Positions 8,377 through 17,160 of a stretch of 32,000 nt of DNA are shown here, in pieces. How positions within the stretch are numbered: the first letter of the stretch is position 1; every line of letters starts with the position of its first letter. A program made the position numbers and the translations under genes. The stretch is from Sinorhizobium meliloti (GTDB lineage: Bacteria; Pseudomonadota; Alphaproteobacteria; Rhizobiales; Rhizobiaceae): NCBI RefSeq assembly GCF_017876815.1, contig NZ_JAGIOS010000002.1, forward strand, positions 360,001-392,000, in the 5' to 3' direction. A model generated the notes under the pieces. That model had not been told where the DNA came from and searched no databases. It saw only the letters and a program-made list of their open reading frames with translations.

Positions 8377-9609
8377 ATGTATGAATTCGCCATTGCCTGG
8401 GAATGGCTGGCCTTCGCCGTACGCTGGCTGCATGTCGTCACCGCCATCGCCTGGATCGGCTCGTCCTTCTATTTCATCGCGCTCGATCTCGGTCTCGTAA
8501 AGCGCGACCAGCTGCCCCCGGGCACCTATGGCGAGGAATGGCAGGTCCATGGCGGGGGTTTCTATCACATCCAGAAATATCTGGTGGCGCCAGCCGCCAT
8601 GCCGGAGCACCTCACCTGGTTCAAGTGGGAGTCCTACGCGACCTGGCTCTCGGGCTTCGCCATGCTCTGCATCGTCTATTATGGCGGCGCCGACCTCTTT
8701 CTCATAGACCGGCATGTCCTGGACATTTCGGCGACGACCGCGATCCTGATCTCGCTTGCCTCGCTCGGTCTCGGCTGGGTCCTCTATGACCTTCTCTGCA
8801 AGTCACCGATCGGGAAAAGCGCCTGGGGACTGATGGCACTGCTCTATCTGGTACTGGTCGCCATGGCCTGGGGTTATACCCAGGTCTTCACCGGCCGCGC
8901 CGCCTTCCTGCATCTCGGCGCCTTCACCGCCACGATCATGTCGGCCAACGTCTTCCTGATCATCATCCCCAACCAGAAGATCGTCGTCGCCGACCTGATC
9001 GCCGGCCGCATGCCGGATCCAAGACTCGGCGCCCAGGCGAAGCAGCGCTCGCTGCACAACAACTACCTGACGCTGCCCGTCATCTTCTTCATGCTCTCAA
9101 ACCATTATCCGCTCGCCTTCGCGACGGCTTTCAACTGGATCATCGCAGCGCTCGTCTTCCTGATGGGCGTTACGATCCGTCATTGGTTCAACACCACGCA
9201 TGCGCGCAAGGGCAGGCCCACCTGGACCTGGCTTGTCACCACGCTTCTGTTCATCCTGATCATGTGGCTCTCGACCGCGCCGAAAATACTGACGGGAGAA
9301 GAACGGGCCGACACGGCACCGGCCTTCCGGCGCTTTGCCGAAAACGCGCATTTTCCCGCAATCAAGGAGACGATCTCGACCCGCTGCAGCATGTGCCACG
9401 CGGCCGAGCCGGCCTATGAAGGAATTGTGCGGGCTCCGAACGGCGTCACGCTCGAAAGCGACGCCGAGATTGCTGCCCGCGCGCGGGAAATCTATATCCA
9501 GGCGGGGCGCAGCCATGCCATGCCGCCCGGCAACATAAGCGACATGACGGCGGAAGAGCGCAGGCTGGTGACGGCCTGGTTCGAAAGCGCCGTCGGGGAG
9601 ACACGATGA
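8377..9609 (+). CDS. puuD: Membrane-bound cytochrome-c urate hydroxylase (PuuD/DUF989 type)
   Basis: Track ORF 8098..9609 trimmed to ATG 8377 (GAGAAAGAGGGG upstream). Multi-pass membrane domain with WLHVVTAIAWIGSSFYFIALD and WQVHGGGFYHIQKY, plus a C-terminal haem-c motif CSMCH. Confidence 0.85.
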   Translation: MYEFAIAWEWLAFAVRWLHVVTAIAWIGSSFYFIALDLGLVKRDQLPPGTYGEEWQVHGGGFYHIQKYLVAPAAMPEHLTWFKWESYATWLSGFAMLCIVYYGGADLFLIDRHVLDISATTAILISLASLGLGWVLYDLLCKSPIGKSAWGLMALLYLVLVAMAWGYTQVFTGRAAFLHLGAFTATIMSANVFLIIIPNQKIVVADLIAGRMPDPRLGAQAKQRSLHNNYLTLPVIFFMLSNHYPLAFATAFNWIIAALVFLMGVTIRHWFNTTHARKGRPTWTWLVTTLLFILIMWLSTAPKILTGEERADTAPAFRRFAENAHFPAIKETISTRCSMCHAAEPAYEGIVRAPNGVTLESDAEIAARAREIYIQAGRSHAMPPGNISDMTAEERRLVTAWFESAVGETR

Positions 9610-10922
9610 CATCCACCCTCATTCGCGGCCGCCTGCTGAGCTTCCATCGCGAACCTCAAGGTATCGACGACAGTGCTGCCTATGCCTACGAAAGCGACGG
9701 CGCGCTTCTCGTCGAGAACGGGGTGATCAAGGCATCCGGCTCCTATGCAGCGGTCAAGGCGGCAGCGCCTGAGGAGGTCCCCGAGATCGACCACCGCCCG
9801 CACCTGATCGTGCCGGGCCTCATCGACACGCATCTGCATTTTCCGCAGATGCAGGTGATGGCCTCCTACGCGGCCGATCTGCTCGAATGGCTGAACACCT
9901 ACACCTTTCCCGAGGAATGCCGTTTCGTCGAGACGGCGCATGCGGAGCGGATCGCCCGCCATTTCTTCGACGAGATGATCCGCCACGGCACGACGACGGC
10001 GACGGCCTACTGTTCGGTGCACAAGACCTCCGCCGACGCCTTCTTCGCCGAGAGCCTGAAGCGCGGCATGTGCATGGTCGCAGGCAAGGTGATGATGGAC
10101 CGCAATGCGCCGCAGGGCCTGCTCGACACGCCGGAGATGAGCTATGACGAGACCCGCGCCCTCATCGCCGACTGGCACGGCAAAGGCCGCAACCATGTGG
10201 CTATCACCCCCCGTTTCGCCATCACTTCCACGCCGGAGCAGATGGAGGTCGCGAAATCTCTCGTCGGCGAATTTCCCGACCTGCATGTGCAGACGCATCT
10301 CTCCGAGAACCGTGACGAAATCGCCTACACCTCGGAACTCTATCCGGAGGCGACCGACTATACCGACGTCTACGCCCGCTACGGGCTGCTGGGGCCGAAA
10401 AGCCTGTTCGGACATTGCATCCACCTCTCCGAGCGCGAGGCGGATGCGATGAGCGAGACCGGCTCGGTCGCCGTCTTCTGCCCGACGTCCAATCTCTTCC
10501 TCGGCTCCGGCCTTTTTCCCCTGCGGGCGCTCAAGCGCCGGCAAAAACCGGTGCGCGTTTCCGTCGCCTCGGACATCGGCGGCGGCACCAGCTACTCGAT
10601 GCTGAAGACGCTCGACGAGGCCTACAAGATCCTGCAGTTGCAGGGCGAAAGGCTGAACCCCTTCGACAGCTTCTACATGATGACCCGCGGCAATGCCGAG
10701 GCGCTATCTCTCGCCGACCGTATCGGCACGCTGGAGCCCGGCACCGATGCGGACATTGCGGTACTCGACATGGCGGCAACGCCTGCAATGGCGCTCAGAG
10801 CCGAAGTGGTCAATTCGCTGGCCGACGAACTCTTTCTCCTGCAGACGATGGGCGACGACCGCGCCGTCGTCGAGACCTACGTCGCCGGCAAGCCCTGCAA
10901 ATCAACCCTTGGCGCAACCTGA
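9606..10922 (+). CDS. guaD: Guanine deaminase (amidohydrolase superfamily)
   Basis: 438 aa. PGLIDTHLHFPQ (HxH), HLSEN and SDIGGG motifs. ATGA start/stop overlap with puuD at 9606-9609. Confidence 0.9.
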   Translation: MTSTLIRGRLLSFHREPQGIDDSAAYAYESDGALLVENGVIKASGSYAAVKAAAPEEVPEIDHRPHLIVPGLIDTHLHFPQMQVMASYAADLLEWLNTYTFPEECRFVETAHAERIARHFFDEMIRHGTTTATAYCSVHKTSADAFFAESLKRGMCMVAGKVMMDRNAPQGLLDTPEMSYDETRALIADWHGKGRNHVAITPRFAITSTPEQMEVAKSLVGEFPDLHVQTHLSENRDEIAYTSELYPEATDYTDVYARYGLLGPKSLFGHCIHLSEREADAMSETGSVAVFCPTSNLFLGSGLFPLRALKRRQKPVRVSVASDIGGGTSYSMLKTLDEAYKILQLQGERLNPFDSFYMMTRGNAEALSLADRIGTLEPGTDADIAVLDMAATPAMALRAEVVNSLADELFLLQTMGDDRAVVETYVAGKPCKSTLGAT

Positions 10923-10935
10923 GCAGAGATGAAAA

Positions 10936-10962
10936 CGAGAGGTAAGATTTTTTGACCTCTCG
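10936..10962 (+). terminator. Hairpin after guaD (possible terminator)
   Basis: CGAGAGGT (10936-10943) / ACCTCTCG (10955-10962) with an 11-nt T-rich loop, followed by CTTTCTG. Confidence 0.35.
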
Positions 10963-11036
10963 CTTTCTGCAACTATTACAAGCCCTCCGAAATCATGATA
11001 AGGGCTCGGCTGTCATTCACTCGATGAGGCCGATCC

Positions 11037-12173
11037 ATGACGCAGATTCTCGAAATACGGGACCTGAAGGCCCTGGCCAGACGGCGCGTGCCGAAGCTTT
11101 TCTTCGATTATGCGGACAGCGGCGCATGGACGGAGGGAACCTACCGCGCCAACGAGGAGGATTTCGCCGGGATCAAGCTGCGCCAGCGGGTGCTGGTCGA
11201 CATGTCCGACCGGTCGCTCGAAACGACGATGATCGGACAGAAGGTCTCGATGCCGGTCGCGCTCGCCCCCACCGGCCTGACGGGCATGCAGCATGCCGAC
11301 GGCGAGATGCTGGCGGCTCAGGCGGCCGAGGCGTTCGGCGTCCCGTTCACGCTCTCGACCATGAGCATCTGCTCGATCGAGGACGTCGCCTCGGTGACGA
11401 CGAAGCCGTTTTGGTTCCAGCTCTATGTCATGCGCGAGCGCCAGTTCGTGCTCGATCTGATCGACCGGGCCAAGGCCGCGAAGTGTTCCGCGCTCGTCCT
11501 GACGCTCGACCTGCAGATCCTCGGCCAGCGCCATAAGGACCTTCGCAACGGCCTGTCCGCGCCGCCGCGACTGACGCCGAAACACCTCTGGATGATGGCG
11601 ACGCGGCCCGGCTGGTGCATGAAGATGCTCGGCACCAACCGCCGCACCTTCCGCAACATCGTCGGCCACGCCAAGAGCGTCGCCGACCTCTCCTCGCTTC
11701 AGGCCTGGACGAACGAGCAGTTCGACCCGCAGCTTTCCTGGAAGGACGTCGAGTGGATCAAGGAGCGCTGGGGCGGTCCGCTGATCCTCAAGGGCATTCT
11801 CGATCCGGAAGACGCAAAAATGGCGGCGAAGACCGGCGCCGACGCAATCATCGTCTCGAACCACGGCGGCCGCCAGCTCGACGGCGCGCATTCCTCGATC
11901 AGCATGCTGCCGCGCATCGTTGAGGCCGTCGGCGACCAGATCGAGGTACACCTCGACGGCGGCATTCGTTCCGGCCAGGACGTCCTGAAGGCGATCGCGC
12001 TCGGTGCGAAAGGCACCTATATCGGCCGCCCCTTCCTCTACGGCCTCGGCGCGCTCGGCAAGGAAGGCGTGACACTCGCGCTCGACATCATCCGCAAGGA
12101 GATGGACACGACCATGGCGCTCTGCGGCAAACGCCGCATCACCGAGGTCGGCCGCGACATCATCGCCGAGTAG
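11037..12173 (+). CDS. lldD: FMN-dependent alpha-hydroxy-acid dehydrogenase (L-lactate dehydrogenase [cytochrome]-like)
   Basis: 378 aa. Motifs [41 protein letters not shown] and [18 protein letters not shown], typical of the glycolate oxidase/LldD family. Confidence 0.9.
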   Translation: MTQILEIRDLKALARRRVPKLFFDYADSGAWTEGTYRANEEDFAGIKLRQRVLVDMSDRSLETTMIGQKVSMPVALAPTGLTGMQHADGEMLAAQAAEAFGVPFTLSTMSICSIEDVASVTTKPFWFQLYVMRERQFVLDLIDRAKAAKCSALVLTLDLQILGQRHKDLRNGLSAPPRLTPKHLWMMATRPGWCMKMLGTNRRTFRNIVGHAKSVADLSSLQAWTNEQFDPQLSWKDVEWIKERWGGPLILKGILDPEDAKMAAKTGADAIIVSNHGGRQLDGAHSSISMLPRIVEAVGDQIEVHLDGGIRSGQDVLKAIALGAKGTYIGRPFLYGLGALGKEGVTLALDIIRKEMDTTMALCGKRRITEVGRDIIAE

Positions 12174-12251
12174 CAGGCAGGAAGCGTGTAGCGGTTTTCC
12201 ATCGGAAGTGCGTAGCTTCAAAGACTTAGAGCAGAACCGCACGTTCAGCAA
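11775..12251 (+). repeat. Left copy of a ~0.48-kb direct repeat (3' 400 nt of lldD plus 78 nt downstream)
   Basis: Read directly. It aligns with 20818-21299 in the same orientation with roughly ten point differences. It includes the downstream element GTGTAGCGGTTTTCC..AAAGACTTAGAGCAGAAC. Confidence 0.9.
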
Positions 12252-12325
12252 ACGGGCAACATCATCAGAGAGCCTATGTCACCTGCCTTGACCTCGGCGA
12301 AGCCGGAGCCCCCTTCACCCGGGGC
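12252..12325 (+). pseudogene. Fragment of an NDH-2-like gene (paralogous to 24946-25018)
   Basis: ACGGGCAACATCATCAGAGAGCCTATGTCACCTGCCTTGACCTCGGCGAAGCCGGAGCCCCCTTCACCCGGGGC versus ACGGCAATATCATCAGAAAGCCTATGTCACCTGCCTTGACCTCGGCGATGCCGGAGCCCTTTTTACCCGGGGC in the intact gene. About 90 percent identity by eye, same orientation, with no start and no continuation. Confidence 0.75.
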
Positions 12326-12418
12326 CGGTCGATGGCGTGACCCTCGAAAATCTCGGGTCCGAGCGCGGTAGCCGGTTACGGGCGATATTGGGCAGAGAGC
12401 CTTGAGAATGGTCGACAC

Positions 12419-13399
12419 TCATGCGTGCTCCAATGCGAATGTCGCTGTTGCCTCGTCGGTGACGAGGACATTGACCAGGCCGGCGCGAAGCACGCCAAGG
12501 ACGACGTTGAATTTTTCGCTACCGGCCGCGATGCCGATAGCCTTTCCACTCGTCTTCAGATCGGAAAGCGAAAGGCCGATCGTGCGGGCATCCAATTCCG
12601 CGTCGACGATCTCGCCATTGACATCGATGAAACGGCCAAGGACATCGCCCACCGCACCTTTTGAAAGAAGCGTCGCCAGTTCGTCCCTCAAAATGTTGCC
12701 CGAGCGGACAAGGACCGATTCTTCGCTCAGGCTTCCGCAAGAAAAAATGAGAATTTGTGCCGAGCGCGCCTTGGTCAGAACATCGGCGACGATCCGGTCG
12801 CGTTCGAGCACCTCACGGGTGACGCGCTGGCCGACAATTGCCGGCACTGGCAGCGGCACAAGGCGGGCACCTGCCTTGCGTGCGAAGATCCCGGCGACAT
12901 CGTTATGATACGTGACGCCGGAAATGGGTGCGACCGTTCCATTGATCTGTACGACCTCGCCGCCATCGCTCCATTGAAGCGGAAGCCAATGGGCAACGGC
13001 GCCCATCGTACGCCCCCAGGAAACGCCCACGGTTGCGCCATTGGATTTGATAGAAGCAATGTACTGGCCGGCGGCTTGAGCGACGGTGTCCAAACTCTGC
13101 GCCTGTTCGCCGTCGCTGGAAACCACGACGGAATCGTTCAGGTTGAAGGTTTGTTGCAAGGCGGTTTCCAGGTCGGGGCGGCGCGGCGAGCGTGGAATGA
13201 TTTCGATGCGCACGATGCCGAGGTCGCGCGCCTCCTGCAGGAGACGGCTAACCTGCCAGCGGTTCAACCCGGTCTCAGCAGCGATTTCCGACTGATTCAG
13301 TTCCTGTTGGTAGGTCATGCGCGCAACCTTGACCATCAGGTGCTCGCGGCTTTCGTCCATCGGCAGGCGATTGCTGACGCGTTCGCTTTCGTCTTTCAT
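12419..13399 (-). CDS. SorC-family (sugar-binding) transcriptional regulator
   Basis: 326 aa. N-terminal HTH SQSEIAAETGLNRWQVSRLLQEARDLGIVRIEI plus a C-terminal SorC/DeoR(Bacillus-type) sugar-phosphate-binding domain. ATGA overlap with the kinase stop at 13396-13399. Confidence 0.85.
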   Translation of the reverse strand: MKDESERVSNRLPMDESREHLMVKVARMTYQQELNQSEIAAETGLNRWQVSRLLQEARDLGIVRIEIIPRSPRRPDLETALQQTFNLNDSVVVSSDGEQAQSLDTVAQAAGQYIASIKSNGATVGVSWGRTMGAVAHWLPLQWSDGGEVVQINGTVAPISGVTYHNDVAGIFARKAGARLVPLPVPAIVGQRVTREVLERDRIVADVLTKARSAQILIFSCGSLSEESVLVRSGNILRDELATLLSKGAVGDVLGRFIDVNGEIVDAELDARTIGLSLSDLKTSGKAIGIAAGSEKFNVVLGVLRAGLVNVLVTDEATATFALEHA

Positions 13400-14925
13400 A
13401 CTCTCTCCGTCCGTGTGCTTTCGACGTTACCGGAAAGCCTATGGAAGACGGGCGTCAGGACATCCGTTGCTTCGCGGTAGTCGGCAAACATAGCGAGATA
13501 TTGTCTGTGACGATTGAAATCAGGCGTTCTTTTCACGACAGGCGCGCGCAACGCATGCGCCGCGGTCGTCAGGTCTGGAAACAGTCCAAGCGCCACCGTA
13601 CAGGCGACGGCGCCGCCATGCAGCGAAAGGTTGTCATCGAGCGCAAGCTCCACGGGCTTACCTATTGCATCGATGGTTGCTTCGAGCCAGAGACGGTTTT
13701 TCATGATGCCGCCAGACATGACGATCCGGTCGATCGCCACCCCTTGCTTTTCCAGATCGAAGACGACATTCGCCGCCCCGAGTGCGACCGCAGTCACAGT
13801 AGCACGGTAGATGCTGGCCCGGTCGTGAGACAGCGACAAACCCAAAAAGGCGCCCCGCAGCCGTGCATCCCGGTAGGGTGTACGGTTGCCCATCCAATAA
13901 TCCAGCGCCAGGAGCCCGGTGGAATCCGGCTCGATTGCGTCAGCGGCCGCGCAAAGTGATCGGAAGCCGGCATCATCAAGCCCGAAGATGGTGTTGCTCA
14001 GCCACTGAAGAATGGAACCAGCCGAGACCTGGCCGCCCTCGATCATTCGCAAGCCGGGCGTCAAGGCGTTGGGGTAAGGACCCCAGACCCCGCGGATATT
14101 ACGCCCGTCATCCGGTACCTGCGTGAGGTGGACATTCGATGTCCCGCCGATGAACAGCATGGAGCCTGGCGTCACCGCGTCGGCACCGAATGTTCCCATA
14201 TGCGCGTCTATGCCACCCTGCACCACGACAGGATTACCCGGAATGCCAAGCGTACGTGCCATCTCGGGAAGCATGGGAGCGACGACGTCCCCGATGTCCA
14301 CAATTCGCTGCGGAAGCTTGGCACCAAGGTCCGGCACGCCGAGCAGAGCATAGAGATCCTCGCAGAATTTGCGGTTCCGGCTATCGTAGTTCCACTTGCA
14401 TGTGGCATTCATCAGAGAGCCGGCCCATACACCGGTTAACCTGTGATTGACGAAATCCAGAGCCTCGCAAATGACTTCCGTGCGCGCCCAGAGGTCCGGC
14501 TTTCGGCGCGCGAACCACATGGCTTTCGGGACCAGCCACTCGACCGCATCCGAACCACCGCTGTCTGCGAGAATGGGGTGGTCCACGGTTTCAGTGAACG
14601 CGGCTTCGTCGGCCGCGCGTGCGTCCATCCAGAGGACGGCAGGGGCAATCGGCTTGCCAGACCGGTCGCAGAGTACAACCGTCGAGGCGAAGGTCGCTAC
14701 ACAAACCGCAGCGATATCGGGCGAACCGGCCTTTGCAACGACATCGGGGACGAGCGAGACGAGCGCGGTCATCCAGTCTTCAGGATTCTGCTCGGCGCGG
14801 TTGGGCGGAAGATGCTGCGTTCTGTAAGTCGCCTCGCCACGCGCAACGATGTGGTTCGTCTGCGTGTCGAAGATCGCTGCCCTCGCGCCGCCGGTTCCAA
14901 AATCCAGACTGAGAACTGCGACCAT
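13396..14925 (-). CDS. FGGY-family carbohydrate kinase (pentulose/polyol kinase-like)
   Basis: 509 aa. Motifs LSLDFGTGGARAAIFD, NPEDWM, GGIDAHMG, FIGGTSNVH, EGGQVSAGSILQWL and MSGGIMKN. It is clearly distinct from the glpK at 172-1665. Confidence 0.85.
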   Translation of the reverse strand: MVAVLSLDFGTGGARAAIFDTQTNHIVARGEATYRTQHLPPNRAEQNPEDWMTALVSLVPDVVAKAGSPDIAAVCVATFASTVVLCDRSGKPIAPAVLWMDARAADEAAFTETVDHPILADSGGSDAVEWLVPKAMWFARRKPDLWARTEVICEALDFVNHRLTGVWAGSLMNATCKWNYDSRNRKFCEDLYALLGVPDLGAKLPQRIVDIGDVVAPMLPEMARTLGIPGNPVVVQGGIDAHMGTFGADAVTPGSMLFIGGTSNVHLTQVPDDGRNIRGVWGPYPNALTPGLRMIEGGQVSAGSILQWLSNTIFGLDDAGFRSLCAAADAIEPDSTGLLALDYWMGNRTPYRDARLRGAFLGLSLSHDRASIYRATVTAVALGAANVVFDLEKQGVAIDRIVMSGGIMKNRLWLEATIDAIGKPVELALDDNLSLHGGAVACTVALGLFPDLTTAAHALRAPVVKRTPDFNRHRQYLAMFADYREATDVLTPVFHRLSGNVESTRTERV

Positions 14926-14967
14926 CCCTAACTTGCCTCCCTGTTTGCCCCACCGTCTCCCGAACGA

Positions 14968-15987
14968 TCAGGGGCGGAACAGCACTTTTGAGAAGTGCAG
15001 GTCCTTCGCCGCGAAGCGCTGAAAGATACCAGGCAGTTCGGCAAGGTCGAGATCATGCGAGATCATGAATTCCCACTTCAGTTCCCCGGTCGCGAATTTT
15101 TGGACGGTTGTCGTCCACTGCGGGCCGGGAAAAGGCGCACCGAAACTGTTCCACGAGCCGTGCAGTGAAACTTCCTGACGCAGGAATCTCTGGAACGTCG
15201 CGTTCGACAGCTTCACATCGGGGACAGGTATCCCGATAAACGTGACATGTCCGCCCGGCGCAGCCAGCATGACGGCAGCGTTGATCGTCGAATCGATACC
15301 GACGGCCTCGATCACAAGATCGGCTCGTTCCTTGTTGTCGGCAAAATCGGCAGACAGGATGCATAGATCGGCGCCCGCCTGACGCGCCAAGGCGAGTTTC
15401 TCTTCCGTGACATCGACGGCGATCACTCTCGAGGCCCCCATGATGCGCATCCACTGGATCGCGAACAGACCGATCGGGCCGCACCCGACGACGGCCCCGG
15501 TCTGGCCGGCCGTTATACCGCCGGCCTTCCAGATGGCATGGAGAGCGATCGAGGCAGGGTCGGTCATGGCGATAGCCCTGGGATCGACGTGCTGCGGTGT
15601 CTTGATGAGATTTTCGACGGGGACGGCGACAAATTCCGCATAAGCGCCGTCGCGGCGGCTACCGAAGTAATCATAGTCGCGGCATCGGGAAAAATTGCCT
15701 GTCTTGCATTCTATGCATTGATTGCACGGCATCAGCGGCGCAATAGCGGTCAGCTCGCCGATTTCCCAGCCTTCGACGTTTTCACCGAGCGCATGGATAT
15801 GGCCGGAAAACTCGTGGCCTGTGATGAGAGGCATCTTCCATGCGCCCTTGACCAGCATGCGGGGCAGATCCGACCCACACACGCCGACGGATGCGACGCG
15901 CAGCAGGACCTCTCCGGGGCCGGCCACCGGCTTTGGCCGCTTTTCAAGCCGTATATCGCCCGGGGCGTGGAGCACGATGGCTCGCAT
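14968..15987 (-). CDS. Zn-dependent medium-chain dehydrogenase, GatD (galactitol-1-phosphate 5-dehydrogenase)/sorbitol dehydrogenase-like
   Basis: Track ORF 14968..16056 trimmed to ATG 15987 (AGGAGA 6 nt upstream; N-terminus MRAIVLHAPGDIRLE). Motifs CGSDLPR, GHEFSG, CNQCIECKTGNFSRCRDYDYFGSRRDGAYAEF, GCGPIG and GSWNSFGAPFPGPQW. Confidence 0.85.
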   Translation of the reverse strand: MRAIVLHAPGDIRLEKRPKPVAGPGEVLLRVASVGVCGSDLPRMLVKGAWKMPLITGHEFSGHIHALGENVEGWEIGELTAIAPLMPCNQCIECKTGNFSRCRDYDYFGSRRDGAYAEFVAVPVENLIKTPQHVDPRAIAMTDPASIALHAIWKAGGITAGQTGAVVGCGPIGLFAIQWMRIMGASRVIAVDVTEEKLALARQAGADLCILSADFADNKERADLVIEAVGIDSTINAAVMLAAPGGHVTFIGIPVPDVKLSNATFQRFLRQEVSLHGSWNSFGAPFPGPQWTTTVQKFATGELKWEFMISHDLDLAELPGIFQRFAAKDLHFSKVLFRP

Positions 15988-16089
15988 GGCGTCTCCTGTT
16001 AGCATCTGCGTCATTTGGTTACCTTTGCTAGGACAGCTGTCGTGACAATTAATCACATGCGGGAATTTTCGCGACGTGGACCGGTCGAA

Positions 16090-16109
16090 GGGCGGCCTTC
16101 ATGCCGCCC
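16090..16109 (-). other. Intra-operon GC hairpin between the permease and dehydrogenase genes
   Basis: GGGCGGC-CTTCAT-GCCGCCC. There is no U-tract on the minus strand. It lies 56 nt after the permease stop and ~100 nt before the dehydrogenase start. Confidence 0.3.
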
Positions 16110-16164
16110 GTCTCATTAAGCTGGGCTCTGTAACTGTTACGTCGTTATCTGCCGGAGAATGATT

Positions 16165-17160
16165 TCATCGCTTCAGAGAGCCGGTGCTGTACTGCAACAG
16201 CATGGCAACGACGATGATCGCTCCCATATAAACCTGCTGGTGATAGCCGGGCACGCCTGCAAGGTTCATGATGTTGGTGATAATTCCCATGACCAAAGCG
16301 CCAAGCAGCGTGTTGATGACGCCGCCCTTCCCGCCCATCAGGCTCGCCCCACCGATGACGACGGCGGCGATCACATTGAGTTCGGCCCCGATGCCGACCT
16401 GAGCAGAGCCGACGCCTGTGCGGCTCGCGGCGATGATACCTGCCAAACCGGCGAGCAAACCGGAGATCACATAGACGGCGACGATATAGCGCGGGACGGC
16501 GATACCGGAGAGTCGGACAGCCTCCTCGTTGGAACCGATTGCCGTAATGACGCGTCCGAACCGGGTGAAGTTGAGGACGACACCGCCGGCGATATAGATT
16601 GCGAACATCAAAATGACTGGTTGGGGAATGCCCAGCACGAAGCCGGAACCGAAACTGCTGAAAGCTGCGCCCGCATCGCTGAGCGGAATTGGTCGCCCCT
16701 CGGAAATGATGAGGGAAAGGCCGCGCGCGACTGCCATCATGGCAAGCGACATGACAAAGGACGGCAGCCTGAGATACGCGATGAAACCGCCCGTTACCAG
16801 GCCGCAGGCAGCGCCGCACAACAAGACAAGAAAAATGGTCGCCCCGGTGCCATAGCCTAACATCGCGCAGAAGTAGCCCGTGAGTACGGAACCCAGGGCC
16901 ATGACCGATCCAACCGAAAGGTCAATGCCGCGCGTCAGGATGACGAACAGCATGCCGACGGCCATGATGCCGGCTGTCGAGGCAACCTGCCGCAATACGT
17001 TGAGGAGGTTGCCGCGAGTGAGAAAACTGTCCGACCACCAGGTCGCTACGGCGACGAGCACGAGAAAGATGGCCAGGGTCCCGAAACGCTGAACGATGGA
17101 GTGATAGTCGACAAAACCCTTCTGTTCCGGCGGCGTCACTGTGTCTGTTGTGTGGGTCAT
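16165..17160 (-). CDS. Sugar ABC transporter permease (RbsC/AraH type)
   Basis: Track ORF 16165..17451 trimmed to ATG 17160, which overlaps the ATPase stop (ATGA at 17157-17160). 331 aa and hydrophobic throughout, with the TRGIDLSVGSVMAL signature. Confidence 0.9.
   Translation of the reverse strand: MTHTTDTVTPPEQKGFVDYHSIVQRFGTLAIFLVLVAVATWWSDSFLTRGNLLNVLRQVASTAGIMAVGMLFVILTRGIDLSVGSVMALGSVLTGYFCAMLGYGTGATIFLVLLCGAACGLVTGGFIAYLRLPSFVMSLAMMAVARGLSLIISEGRPIPLSDAGAAFSSFGSGFVLGIPQPVILMFAIYIAGGVVLNFTRFGRVITAIGSNEEAVRLSGIAVPRYIVAVYVISGLLAGLAGIIAASRTGVGSAQVGIGAELNVIAAVVIGGASLMGGKGGVINTLLGALVMGIITNIMNLAGVPGYHQQVYMGAIIVVAMLLQYSTGSLKR

Noticed and set aside
9492-10544. 350-aa minus-strand ORF antisense to guaD
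   Set aside because: Shadow ORF. Guanine deaminase motifs are on the plus strand.
11013-12251. 412-aa minus-strand ORF antisense to lldD
   Set aside because: This is a shadow ORF starting at a TTG inside the downstream repeat. It has low-complexity Arg/Ala/Asp composition, and the plus strand carries all the LldD family motifs.
12326-12418. Possible continuation of the ndh fragment up to the SorC stop
   Set aside because: There are a few short resemblances (GATGG..GAAAA, CCGAGCG) to 25030-25110, but they are too weak and gapped to claim without a real alignment.
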